The position numbers and the translations under genes are program-made. Below the pieces are notes generated by a model. That model worked only from the letters and a program-made list of their open reading frames with translations, was not told where the DNA came from and ran no database searches. A stretch of 64,000 nucleotides of DNA from Bugula neritina (lineage: Eukaryota > Animalia > Bryozoa), in the NCBI GenBank assembly GCA_964035545.1, contig OZ037772.1, positions 7,052,889 to 7,116,888 on the forward strand, read 5' to 3'. Numbering within the stretch: position 1 is the first letter of the stretch; each line of letters starts with the position of its first letter. Below, piece after piece: positions 31,801-45,892 of the stretch.

Positions 31801-33494
31801 GTTGCACTGGGAAAAAAAAGAAGATCTATAACATAGTTTTTAAATTTTGACTCTAGCACAATTAAGTGAGATTTTATTTTACTAGCACTGAATTCTTATA
31901 TGATCACAATGCAACCTCAGCAAGGCAGTTGCAGCTAAAAGGTTGCCCTTAACTCTCTTGTGTATATGACGAGAAGCGTTTTACCTTAATATCTCCTGCA
32001 AAACCACTATATGCATTAGTATATTATACAAAGTGCACATACGCACACACACATTTAAACACATACATAAATACATACTGCAGTACATACACATATACCT
32101 GACATGCATATTATATGCATGTACACACACAGGTTAGACATATATGTATAATTATAATCCGTATTAATTACAGGCATATATAAGCAAAAATGTACAAAAT
32201 TTGTAGCAATTACATCACATGATTATTTCATTTTCTTATTTATAGACTTATTCTAACCATCATAACATCAGGAAACATTTTTGAAAAGATAAAATAAACT
32301 TTCTAATAAAAATTGATTTCTAATAAACATATTAAATGATAAACACTATATATCTTTTACAGGTCAAAACACAAGTAGACTGTTGAATGTCAGTCTAGTA
32401 ACAGTTCCTTCTTCACTGACATTCATATCTGAATATGAGACAGATGGTTGGTGTGTGGTAGCTCATCACAGACAAGATGGTGACATACTCATAGGTACTG
32501 ATAATGGAATACAGTTACTGAGTAGAGATGGTAATGAGCTGAGTGAATACAGTACAAGTGAGAAGGTAGTAACAGGAGTGATTGAGACCCCTCAAAATGC
32601 ATTCATTCTACACAGAGAAGGTGACATATCTAAGGTAGAGATGTGTTTAGCTGGTGACATAACAAAGAGACAACAGCTGTTTCAGTTTGATAGAACAAGT
32701 GCTATTGCAGCATTAATGGCAGTTTCTGACAGATATGTTGTGGTGAATCATCCAGATACTGAACAGCTGATCATCTATGACTTCATCACTAAACAGAAAG
32801 AGACTATTCATCCTGATGTGTATCCATTTGGTCTACACTTTCTACCAGATGGTCATCTGCTAGGAACTGGTGGAGGTGAACTGATAAAGTACAAAGTAGG
32901 GAATGGAGAGCTGACTACAGTCTGGACATGTGAAGATTTAACAAGTGGATACAGTATTTGTACTGATTCTAATGGTCTCATCTATGTTTCTGGTTGGAAC
33001 TTGAAGTCGCTTTACATCATTTCTCCATCAGGTACGGTTGCTCAAGCATGTGTATATTGTGAGTAGAAAACTCGAAATATATTTTTATAGTTCATCAGAG
33101 GTGTTAGAAATGTCTAAGAATATTAGCAAAGCATATATTGAAAGTCTTTGAAATACTGTTTTCTGCTGCATCAAATTACTGTCTCCATAATATAGTCACA
33201 TTGCTGGAATCTAATTTTGAGTATCCCCACATTTTTTCAAATAATTTACAAACCTTGTCTATAAATTATGAAGTAAATTGAGTGCATTTTGATAATTTTT
33301 TTATAAACCTTCTAGCTTACTTCATTCCCAATGCAGTGTATATTTTTAAATAATAAACAGGTGTTCTTCTCAAGACACTGACTCATGATAAGTTACCATC
33401 TCTATTTGCTGGAGTACCGAGTATCAGAGATGGAATACTGGCTGTACCTGGTTGGGAAGATGAGAAGTTCTATCTTTTTAAAATAGAAACCTAA
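28819..33494 (+). pseudogene. 5'-truncated TRIM paralog D (no RING or B-box1, partial B-box2; intact coiled-coil and propeller exons)
   Basis: Exon 3 remnant 28819-28891. Open exons 29504-29703, 30538-30814, 32363-33031, 33361-33494 (TAA). Homology to gene C (inverted) starts at ~28691; no RING exon between 28031 and 28691. Confidence 0.78.
31203..31962 (+). mobile_element. CACAG-ended MITE, copy 2
   Basis: Same TIRs (right one degenerate), TA duplication. Empty site in gene F intron 5 (ttcgttgTAtatgacg, ~63483-63498) and in gene C. Confidence 0.9.
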
Positions 33495-34459
33495 GCAATG
33501 TGCTAAGCCTATGTTGGACTTGATTGTTAATATATGGGTTCCACATTTTACATTTCCATTCTATTGTTCAACATTTGGATTCAATGGGATAATATTTTGT
33601 TCCTATATAACTATAATATATTCTAAATGAATTGACTTTTCACAAGTCTGACGACACTTTTTTTAAACAAGCCATATATATGGATGTGATTTTATAAACT
33701 CTGCAGCAGCCACAGAAACCACTTTAAGTATGATTCTTACTATTAGTACAAATCCTGATAAACCCATATTCAATACTATCTAAGTAATTGTGCTTGTGAG
33801 ATTGCTTTAAATTATATTCAGGTTCAGCTTAATCAGAGTTGGTTACCAGAATAATTATTACTTTATTATATAATTTTTGCATATATATTATGTTATATAA
33901 CTATATTAAACTAAAACTGGGAAGTTGCCTGTTTGTAGCATAACATTGAAGCATGTACACATATTATATTATATTAATAATAAAAATTACACTATATAAC
34001 AGTCTATTATACTATATAACAGTCTATTTGTTATAATTATTTACTTTTCAAACAAAGTTGAAACTTTCTCACAAAAAATGTTTAAACACTCAATGAAATT
34101 TAACAAAAAATAAAAAACATCAGTTTAAAACTAGATATGTGACGATTTTTTGTTTTAACTGAGCTAGCTAAAACTATAGTATGTGTTTGCAAATAGTTCT
34201 TGTTTTAACGTATAGTAGATAGAGAATGTCTGCAACTGTCTATTGCTGCATGCGAATAAGAAATTTATAAAAAATTTCTAAAAAACTGCTATAGACCTAA
34301 AACTGTCAGTCAATGCATTCTATGTGAAGCTTCCATTGCATGAGAATAACCTTTACTTTAAACCATGTTGATTACTCGCTTAACGGTTTGTTTATCGAAG
34401 TTAAGAAATTGCATTATCAATAGATTATTATTCTTTCGTGCATTACTATGTTATACTAT

Positions 34460-35040
34460 CACACACACACACACACACACACGCACACACACGCACACAC
34501 ACGCACACACACGCACACACACGCACACACACGCACACACACGCACACACACGCACACACACGCACACACACGCACACACACGCACACACACGCACACAC
34601 ACGCACACACACGCACACACACGCACACACACGCACACACACGCACACACACGCACACACACGCACACACACGCACACACACGCACACACACGCACACAC
34701 ACGCACACACACGCACACACACGCACACACACGCACACACACGCACACACACGCACACACACGCACACACACGCACACACACGCACACACACGCACACAC
34801 ACGCACACACACGCACACACACGCACACACACGCATTTATACGCATTTATACGCATTTATACGCATTTATACGCATTTATACGCATTTATACGCATTTAT
34901 ACGCATTTATACGCATTTATACGCATTTATACACATGTATACACATTTATACACATTTATACACATTTATACACATTTATACACATTTATACACATTTAT
35001 ACACATTTATACACATTTATACACATTTATACACATTTAT
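34460..35040. repeat. 10-bp minisatellite grading ACGCACACAC > ACGCATTTAT > ACACATTTAT
   Basis: Seen directly. Confidence 0.96.
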
Positions 35041-35493
35041 ACACGTACACACATTTATACATATACACACATTTATGCATATAATACACACATTTATGCA
35101 TATAATACACACATTTATACATGTAGTGAAATTAGCGCTAGTTTGCTAAGCTATTTTAGCTACACCAAAAAAAGCTTTCTACAGCACAGCCAGTGCTAAC
35201 TCTGGCATATGGCAATAGTTGGTGCTAGTGAACTGGTGTAATTTTAAGAGAGCAAAATTTGAGTAAGTTATTTACATTAATTATATTGTTTCCTTTTTTG
35301 TTTATTGTTTATTTATGTTTATCCTGATCATGTAAGTTTGGATTGCAATAATTGTAGTCTTGACAATGTCAATAGGATGTCATTAGAAGTCAATGAGATC
35401 AACCAATGTATATTAGAATAAAACGTAATAAAGGACATCAGTGAAGAGTTAATGCTCAACTCAAAGCCTAGTTCACTACAATACATATAATAA

Positions 35494-35745
35494 ACATTTA
35501 TACATATACACACATTTATACATATACACACATTTATACATATACACACATTTATACATATACACACATTTATACATATACACACATTTATACATATACA
35601 CACATTTATACATATACACACATTTATACATATACACACATTTATACATATACACACATTTATACATATACACACATTTATACTAATACACACATTTATA
35701 CATATACACACATTTATACATATACACACATTTATACATATATAC
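35494..35745. repeat. 18-bp minisatellite (ACACATTTATACATATAC)n
   Basis: Seen directly. Confidence 0.93.
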
Positions 35746-35989
35746 ACACACCTATATACTGTGTATATCAACATACATTATAATCTTTAGTAATTGCATG
35801 CATATAATATAAGGGAAAATGTACAACATTTACAGCAATTCCAGGAGTTTATCACCTAATCTTTTTAGTTATAGGTTTATGTCAATTATTATAAAATCAG
35901 AAAACATTTTTGAACAAATAAATGGTTTCTAATAAAATTTTATTTCTAATAAACATACTAAATGAATAACACTACATATCATATTACAG

Positions 35990-37126
35990 GTCAAAACACA
36001 AGTAGACTACTGAATGTCAGTCTAGTAACAGTTCCTTCTTTACTGACATTCATATCTGAACATGAGACAAGTGGGTCATGTTACTCAGCCAATCACAGGC
36101 AAGATGGTGACATACTCATAAGTACTGTTAATGGAATACAGTTACTGAGTAGAGATGATAATGAGCTGAGTGAATACAGTACAAGTGAGAAGATAGTAAC
36201 AGCGGTAATTGAAACTCCTCAGAATGTCTTCATTCTACACAGAGAAGGTGAGGTAGATAAGGTAGACATGTGTTTAGCTGGTGACATCACAAAGAAACTA
36301 CAACTGTTTCAGTTTGATAGAACAGGTTATGGCGCAACAGTAATGGCAGTCTCTGACAGACATGTTGTGGTGAATCATCCAGATACTGAACAGCTGATCA
36401 TCTATGACTTCATCACTAAACAGACAGCGAATATTCATCCTGATGCCTTGCCACTTGGTCTACACTTTCTACCAGATGGTCATCTGCTAGAAGCTGGTGG
36501 AGATAAACTGATAAAGTACAAAGTAGAGAATGGAATGCTGACTGCTGTCTGGGCATGTGATGGTGTAACAGGTGGATACAGTGTCTGTGCAGATTCCAAT
36601 ATTCTCATCTATGTTTCTGGATTGAACTTGAAGTCCCTTCACATTATTTCTCCATCAGGTACGGTTGCTTAAGCATGTGTATGTTGTGAGTAGAAAACTT
36701 CAAATATATTTTTAAAATTCATCAAAAGTGTTAGAAATGTTGAAAAATATTACCAAAGCATATATTGAGAGTTTTTTGAAATACTGTTTTATAGCTGCTG
36801 CATCAAATTACTGTGTCCATAATATAGTCACACTGCTGGAATCTAAGTTTGTGTATCCCCACATTTTTTCATATAATTCACAAACCTTGTCTATAAATTA
36901 TGAAGTAAATTGAGTGCATTTTGATAATCTTTTTATAAACCTTCTAGCTTACTTTGTTCCCAATGCAGTGTATATTTTTAAATATTAAACAGGTGTTCTT
37001 CTCAAGACACTGACTCATGATAAGTTACCATCTCTATTTGCTGGAGTACCAAGTATCAGAGATGGAATACTGGCTGTACCTGGTTGGGATGAGAAGAAGT
37101 TGTATCTTTTTAAAATAGAAACCTAA
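35990..37126 (+). CDS. Duplicated intact propeller cassette D' (exons 6 and 7 only)
   Basis: Exons 35990-36658 (669 nt, open, AG/GT intact) and 36993-37126 (TAA). No upstream RBCC exons of its own. Flanks ~34276-37890 repeat ~31030-34275. Confidence 0.8.
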
Positions 37127-38176
37127 GTAATGTGCTAAGCAAATGTTAAACTTGGTTGTTAATATGCTCTATATTTTACATTTTTATTCATATTGTTCAA
37201 AATTTGAATTTAACGGCATAATTGGTTGCTCTTATAACTATATATTCTGAATGATTTGGCTTTTCACAAGTCTAATGACATTTTTTAAACATTCCCTATG
37301 AGTGTATTTTTATTAACTCTGCAAGCAGTGAGAAACATTTTTAATACGATTCTTGCCACAAATACTTACCATTTTTTGACTGATAACGACACATTCAATA
37401 ATATCTAATCGTTATATTTGCCATATTGCCTTTTATGGTTAGTTGAGCCTAATCAGAGTCAGTTACCAGAATAATTATGTCTTCAATACATCCCTTTTGC
37501 AAATGTCATATTATATTATATAACTAAACTATTATGCAAAAGTTGCTTGTTTAGCATAACATGGAAGCATGTACTGCACATATTATATTTTATTATTAAT
37601 AAAAAAGTCATGTTGTTATATTATATATAGCGTTTATAATAATTTACTTCCCAACTGAAGTTGAAGGTTTTTTCACAAAATCTTTTTTAAATATTTGATG
37701 AAATGTAATAAGAAATAAAACACAAAAGCTACATATGTTGCCATTAATTGTTTTTATCACGCTAGCTAAAGCTATAGTATGTGTTTGCAAATAGTACTTG
37801 TTTTACCTTATGTAGTAGATAGAATGTTTGCAACTGTTTATTGCTGCATGCAAATATTTTTATTTGAATTCATAAAAGAAATTTATAAAAAATATATCAT
37901 TTCAATACATGCTTATATTTAAACATGAAATACTAACCGTTTTATAATCTATAATATATATGATTGCATACAACTAAATTAATCAATAATGAACTGGCAT
38001 AGAAGTTTTTTTAAAATAATAACCAATCGATAAAAAGTGATAGGTTACTAATATGGAATGATACAGTATAAAGTTTGATGCTATTTATATAACATATCAC
38101 ACAAAGAACACTAAGTAATTATCATTATGTTATATACAATTGCATTTATAACTTCATAAACTGCATAACTTAATAA

Positions 38177-38178
<2 letters not shown>

Positions 38179-38261
<83 letters not shown>
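38179..38261. repeat. (AT)n microsatellite
   Basis: Seen directly. Confidence 0.97.
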
Positions 38262-38264
<3 letters not shown>

Positions 38265-39190
38265 GCTGTGCGCAGCTAGCATAGAAGCTGAGTCTTGCCA
38301 ATTACACCAACCCAACTTTCCCATTATCAATATGGATGTTATTGATTAACAATGATACAAAGGACAGAGACTCTAACAAGAGAAATGAACCTGCATTTAA
38401 CTGAACTTTTCTTTTCTATCAATTGACATATTGCATTGTATTTGATATAATATAGGTTAAGATGCATGTTCTAATAAAGTGAATTGATGAGGCCTCAATA
38501 GTCAATAGCTAGTACAAGTTCAACCTTAAACAACCCACTAACTTAGCAGAGTAGATTCTATACATGCAAGCACAAACTATATATAAAATTACCGAATTTT
38601 GAAAGCCACACCAAGAGAACACTTAATTAACTTAGTTGGAGTAATAATTGTAGGTATGCAGAGTAGTTTGAAGCCACATGCAGCTTAAATTATTATGATT
38701 ACAAAAATTCATGCTAGTACCAACAATGGTCTCAACACTCATTGTAACGCTCACAATAGTCTATATACATGTATTTGCTATGACAAACAATAATTCAATA
38801 CAGATACTTTCAGCAAAAGCAATTCTGAATGGCAAGCAGAGAATTTCTCATTCAGACTGAATGATGGCTTTATACAAATCAAGTTTATTGTCGTAGATGC
38901 TTTTTTAATAAGAACCTAACAATATTGCAAGTGCAAAGGCTACAATGCTATTACAAAAATAAAACTGCTTGATTTCTCCTAGACTACTTTCAATGAATGC
39001 CTGCTCAATAAATCAATATTATGTATTATAGTATGAGATTCTAAGCCAGCTTCATGATGATCAAAGCTAGACTTGATCAAAATATAGATTTTGGCACATT
39101 GTGGAGTGAAGCATTCAATAAAGTCAAAGACTACGTAAATATTATTAAGAAACATAAGAGTCTTCTAAAAGATAAAGGGTATACGTTGAT

Positions 39191-39357
39191 AAAATGAAAC
39201 TGACTGCCATTTTATATAATGTACAATATATGCAAGTTACTCCTTCAACTGTTTTCTGCTCCAGTATAGCTACATACCATTTACTGTATCACTCCACTGT
39301 TTACTACTCTAGTATAACTATAAATTAAATACTGTTTTCATTGAAAGAGTGGTGAGT
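39191..39357 (+). promoter_or_regulatory. Putative promoter and leader exon of gene E
   Basis: AAAATGAAACT at 39191-39201, leader-family motif (ctctagtataacta), G|GTGAGT donor at 39351/39352. Confidence 0.55.
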
Positions 39358-39653
39358 TTAAACTTAAAAATGATTTCTTTTTTATATTCTAGTTCATTTC
39401 TTGTAAAATTTAGCTTTAAACTTATATTTATGCTCTGGTGATGAGCTATTCATACGTTTTTCCTACAGATTGTCTATTTTAATGTTGATATTTAATTTTT
39501 GATTTAGTTTTATAAAACTATATAAATAATTCTCACATCAACTATATAACAGAAAACAATGATGTGTATCTTTTGCAGTCTATATAGCTTGCTTGTTTCC
39601 TCTCCAAAATTCTAAAGCTACTCATCTATACTTGAAACTAAAATGTAATCAAG

Positions 39654-42600
39654 ATGGCTGCCTGGCAACTACCAGAATGGTATGAGTGTGGTTATTGTGT
39701 CTCTAAGAGGGATGACATGAGAGATCCAAGAGAGCTGCCTTGTCACCATGTATTCTGTTTGAGTTGTATTCAAGGACATTACAGTAAACATAGAACTGTG
39801 ACTTGCCCTATTAAAACTTGTGGGTAAGTACTATGTATATACTGATAATGTCTCTAAAGTATTTATGTCATAGTCATACTAATAACAAAAAAGTTTTTAA
39901 TTGTTTTCGCAAAACTGTGTTAAACTTGAGCTATACTTTGCAAAAGGCTAAAATCTACTACCAAAAACATATAAGATTTAATTTTTCAGTGACATAGCAA
40001 ATTCAATTTGTTTATACAGGTCAGAAAAATTTATTTACTAGATTTTCTTTTCAAATATCCACATTAATCAATTTTAGAGAAGTGTATGACTCACTAGAGT
40101 TTGAAGGTTTACCAAAGGTTACCGTAGCAACTGGTGATTTTAGCACTATGTACTGTACTGCTCGTGGATGTCAAGGTCAAATAGCTACATGTTATTGTGT
40201 GACATGCAAAGACAAGTTCTGTTCTCAGCATCAGCAGGTAAGATAATATTCTTACTTTACCCCATTTTATATATATAGGGCGCAGAAGAAATAGTATTTA
40301 AAAACTATTTATAGTGCACTTTGATAAAATATTTGAAGTTATGTTTATAATTTTGTAACAATGTTGAGCGGCCATGTTTAAACTTGAAGTCTGAAAGATA
40401 ACAGCAAATAAAAAAAGTTTTAACAATACAGTTTTTCATTTCCCATTTGACCTTTATAACAAAACATTGTTTACATAGAGAATTACTCTTGACCGTTGTT
40501 TCAAAACTTATATATAACTGACTAAATTTTTCAATATTCAATTCAGAGAATTTTTTTCTCTTCCAAATGTATACGAGTTATATTTTAACAATAAGAAAAG
40601 TTATGGTTGAGTCCATCAAACAGCATTTCTACTGCTCATATCTTTATTCAAATTCTTTGCATATCAGCTGAAACAAGTATCTTTTAGATGAAGTTTGTTT
40701 TTTTAATTTTAAATGAAATGTTTAGCTTCTGCAGCATATGATGCTTTAAGAGGTTTGAAGCAGAATACATCTTTGACAGGATTTGTTCTATTATTGAACG
40801 TGCACTAAGTTATAGTAAGTCATTGACCGCACATGACAATTATGCAGTGCAAATTATACAACACACCTAATGTGTCAAGTGACCACATAAGTATAGCACA
40901 GGCGTTTAAAAAAAATCTGGTTTCTAACATCGCTACTAAAATTACTTCAAAAAATGTTATCTTATCATTCTAGGCACACAAAACACTGCACAATGATGTT
41001 CACAAAGTGGTAGACATTGATTCCTACAAGAGATCACCTGCTAGTTATGATAAGCCGACTTGTGAACATCATCAAGAAGTTCTAGTAAGAGCTTGTCAGA
41101 AATGTGACAGACTGATTTGCTTTGAGTGTGAGATTGATGGAGAAGACTGCACAGGTAATATTGTAGTAACTTACCAACCATTAGAGAAAAGTTAATTATT
41201 GTAAATTACCTGTTAAAGACTGCACAGGTAATATTTGGTAATTCACTGTTGAAAAATTGTTTCTAAAAACACTTCTTACAGAGGTGTGTCACTACATTCC
41301 CATAACTTCGAATGGATCCATACGTGTGCTTAGATGTATGCATTTGTGATTGCAGTTTGTATTAACTTATGGTTGTGGCATCATTAGGTGCAGCTGTTTT
41401 CAAACTATGCAAAAAAATTAATTTGCATAATGTGAAGCCTAAGATTGCAGTAATGCTTTAAACCACTCAGTTATCCTTTGTTTTCTAATAATAATATGAT
41501 AAGTTTTCACATGATCTTGTAGACACAAAATGATCAACAATTTAGTGCTTAAAGTAAAGATGGTTTTACTTATCTTTTAAGATTAGCCAGTCATTTTATG
41601 TATCCATGTATATAGTTTTCAAAATATTAAACAATTATTTTATGTATATTCATTGATCAAATTACTCTTAATCACTTGAACAAGGCTCATACACTGTCAT
41701 TTTATAATTAAATAATAATTTCCAGTTTCAACTTCTGACTGAACAAAAACTAATTCAACACTTGAGATTCTATATTGTTGTTAATTGGTTATAGCAAGTG
41801 TGGAGTTTATTCTAAACTATAATGTACATGCAATGGGCTACGCAAATGTATGATTAAACAAAAAATTAGTAAACGTATAACAGATAACTGCTGCCCGATC
41901 TTAATTTAATGAAATAATAATTAATGACATAAAACCTATTGTGACTTACAATTTAAATTACTTCAGTACCCTGGAAAAGTTTATATTGAATCTTGTCTCA
42001 ATAGAAGGTCAAATTATTGTATGATCAATAAATCTGCGTTAATAGCAGAGAAATATTTTATTTTGGTGCTTACCGAAAACAAACTTTGCTTGGTGAAACT
42101 TACATATGTTCAACACCTTAGACTGTTTTGAAACACTGCATTATGTAATCAAATCAAAATTTTAGATCAAGAGGGACATGATTTTAAATCTCTTACATCA
42201 CTGAGAGAAAAAGTCAATACTTACCTCGCGAGTCAGCTCAGTGTAATTGTTGAAAAGATTACCAAGATATGTACTTTGGACAAAAAGGTGTGGAATGATC
42301 TTGATGATCAAGAAGAAAAATGTTCAGACGTTATAAGAGAGATAGAGACAATTAGAGATGAAATGGTGAGTTTGTTATTTAACTGCCTTTTGAAATATCA
42401 TTGCTTGTTTTAAGTGTCATCACAATCATCACAATATTATTTACAATATTCAATTAGTTAGTATTGAAAGTGCCTGGAAACCACAACCATCATCATAATT
42501 ATTTTCATGTTTATGAGAGCATAAACAAACTAGTTGTATAGTAATTGTATAAATTAAATTATGGTTTGTTCAAAAAAGAAAATATTTGAAGACATGCAGA

Positions 42601-45600
42601 GTATGTAATATCACATTCGTTTTTTTATTTTGAGAGTAATAAGCAAAGGAATTATTTTTCAATTCGTTTCTGTGTTAAGCATCTTTTACAGAAAATCAGA
42701 AGTTACTTTTTTACAAGTGCTATAGATAAAATACATTTAAGTTATTTAAGGTTCAAATATTCTTTAACATGACAGCTATATAATATTCTTATCTGAGCTT
42801 TTAATGTTTATATATAGAGCTCAAAAATTTTGATTTTAGATCCAAAGAATAATCAATGAGAGCCAAGAACTGATTGGCAGAGTTATCAATCACAAAGAAG
42901 AAGTGACCAATCAGGTGGAAAATTTCTACAACGAGCTGATGCTGAAGAAAGATGGGTTGGAGAAAACACAAGCTGAGGTGCATTGTCTGCTGAAAAATGG
43001 TCATGTGACTGAGAAGATCAGAGAAAAGAAGAAAATTGCCAGAGAGGTGGAAAGGCATGATGTAGAAGATCTGGGTGATTGTAATCTCACTGATCTACCA
43101 ACCTTATTAGAAACAGGTTTGTGATGTTTTCATTTGACAATCAAAAAACATCTGCCGATTAGTCGGTTCTTTCAAAAAACGATTTGCAAAATATTTTCTG
43201 TCTTTCTCTCATTCTTTCAGTCAGTTGATACAAATGTGAATGTTTTACAACTGGTCTTGAGTTTGGTTGCAGCTCTTCACGCAACTCTGTTGTCAGTGGT
43301 CTGTTTCCAGGAACTCAAGTTGATTGATCTCTAGTTCATATTGCTCTCAGCAACATCTTTAAGCTTGAGTCTAGGTTGCCCTCTATTCCTTTTGCCATCG
43401 TTCAGCTGAGAGTAGAGCAATTTTCTTAGTAGCCAGCTATCTTCCTTCCTGTGCACATGGCTTACCAATTTTAGGTTATTTTCAAAAATAATGTCAGCCA
43501 TGCTTGGCAAGTTGTGACATCTTAGTATTTCTTCATTCCTAACTTTTTCATACCATTTTATAGCAAATGTCTCTAATTTGCCGCATCATGAAAGCGCTTA
43601 GCTTCTTCACTTGTATCCTGTATATTGTCCGTATTTCTGCTCTATACAGCAGACCTGAGAGCGCCATGAAGTGTTCTGTAGACTTTACACTTCATCCTTA
43701 TGGATACACGTCTGCTGTTCCGAAGTCTCTGCTGCAATTTTCCGTAAGCCACACTTGCTTTGCCCAGTCTGTTCGGCAGCTCTTTATCTATTCTTGCCGT
43801 ACAGGAAACAGTGCTTCCTAGATTAGTTCAAGTACAGCTGGTTCATCATCTATTTTATTAACCTCAGGTTTATATGGAGAGTGAATAAGTTTGATTGGTT
43901 GGTACATGCATCTACCTTCTATAAATGTTGATTTTTTATATTAGTACCTATACATACAATATCTTATGTGAGCAGTGAAATACATTTACACACTGTATAA
44001 GCTGAAAGATCATTTAGCTATTTCTCTAAAAAGCTGCTATAGACCCACAACTGTTAGTCATTACATTTTATGTGTAGCCACCACTGCAAGACAACAGATT
44101 TTATTTTAAATCATGATGGTAACTCACTTAACGGTTTGTTTATTGAAGTTGAAAAATTAAATTATAAATAAATTATTATTCTTCCTTTGTATGACAAGCA
44201 CCATAGTCATGCAGTCTGTTAATTTAATACTTTATAACAAACCTTTACATGTATTACTATGATGTACTATATATGTGCACACATATCACACATATATACA
44301 TGCATACACACATACATATAATATTATACTGTATATACATAAATACATAACAAGCATATATACATGTATGCATCTTATATTCACATATAACACACATAAA
44401 TTGCACATATGAACATATAATATGATAATTATAGGAGTTACAGACATATAATATAAGCAAAAATGTACAAAACTTATAGAAATTGCATCAGATACCCATC
44501 TAATTTTCTTAGTTTTAGGTTTTTGGTAACTATATCATAAAATCAGGAAAAGTTTTTGAGCAAACAAATGCTTTCTATAATAAAAAATTATTTCTAATGA
44601 ACAAACTAAATTATTTACTCTATATATCATCTTACAGGTCAAAACACAAGTAGACTGCTGAACATCAGTCTGGTAACAGTTCCTTCTTCACTGACATTCA
44701 TATATGAACATGAGACAAGTGATTGGTGTTACTCAGCCAATCACAGACAAGATGGTGACATACTCATAGGTATTGAAAAAGGAATACAGTTACTGAGTAG
44801 AGATGGTAATGAGCTCAGTGAATACAGTACAAGTGAGAAGAGAGTAACAGGACTAATTGAGACTCCTCAGAATGTCTTCATTCTACACAGACAAAGTGAC
44901 ATAGATAAAGTAGACATGTGTTTAGCTGGTGACATCACAAAGAGACAACAACTGTTTCAGTTTGATAGAACAGGTAACATTGGACCAGTACTGGCAGCCT
45001 CTGACAGACATGTTGTGGTGACTCATCCAGATACTGAACAGCTGATCATCTATGATTTCATCACTAAACAGACAGAGACTATTCATCCTGATGTGCATCT
45101 ACTTGGTCTACACTTTCTACCAGATGGTCATCTGCTAGGAGTTGGTAGAGGTAAACTGATAAAGTACAAAGTAGAGAATGGAAAGCTGACTACAGTCTGG
45201 ACATGTGATGGTGTAACAAGTGGATACAGTGTCTGTACAGACTCTAGTGGTCTCATCTATGTTTTTGCAGACAACATAAAAACATGCTATATTATATCTC
45301 CAATGGGTAAGAATCTGCTTTAAAAATCATTTTCTTGAATTTATACTGTTACATAATACTTAATTAAAGCTTTAGTAAAATATCTATCCCTACTTTCTGC
45401 ATACCACTTCTGTATTTACTCACTCATTTGTATAGATAAAGACTATCCATTATATACCACACAATTATGTTGGTGATTTTGCTATCAGTTTTAGCTCTTT
45501 TTTTACTCATGGAACAAATAAAAAAAATTTATGTACATATGGCTGAGATTCCTGCAGAGTATGCCGAGTGGCCAATCATATGATAATTAATATATAATTT

Positions 45601-45892
45601 TTTTTTTTAAATTATCACATAGTATTACTCTTTTATGTGCATACAATTGTGAGAAAATCAAGAGCGTATGAACATGTATGAATTATCTCTTAAAACTGCA
45701 TATACTTACATTTACTACAGTTTATGATACCCGACTCTTTGAACTATCTTGTATTGTTTTGTAGGTATACGACTCAAAAAATTGGTTAATGACAAACTAC
45801 CAAAGATTGTTGGAGCTATCAGTGTAAAAGATGACATACTAGCTGTACCTTGTTGGAGTGAGAATATGCTGCGTTTGTTTAGAACAAATTAA
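39654..45892 (+). CDS. TRIM-family gene E, complete (~594 aa)
   Basis: Exons 39654-39823, 40078-40237, 40974-41154, 42166-42365, 42840-43116, 44638-45306, 45765-45892 (TAA). Total 1785 nt, GT-AG. Confidence 0.92.
43197..43925 (-). mobile_element. 3' fragment of an RTE-like LINE in intron 5 of gene E
   Basis: Minus-strand LYSQLNDGKRNRGQPRLKLKD..W..R resembles the RTE ORF C-terminus. Segment absent from paralogous introns. Ends approximate. Confidence 0.7.

Noticed and set aside
34460-35745. Regular repeats as a possible CRISPR-like array
   Set aside because: No unique spacers, no cas genes, eukaryotic context.
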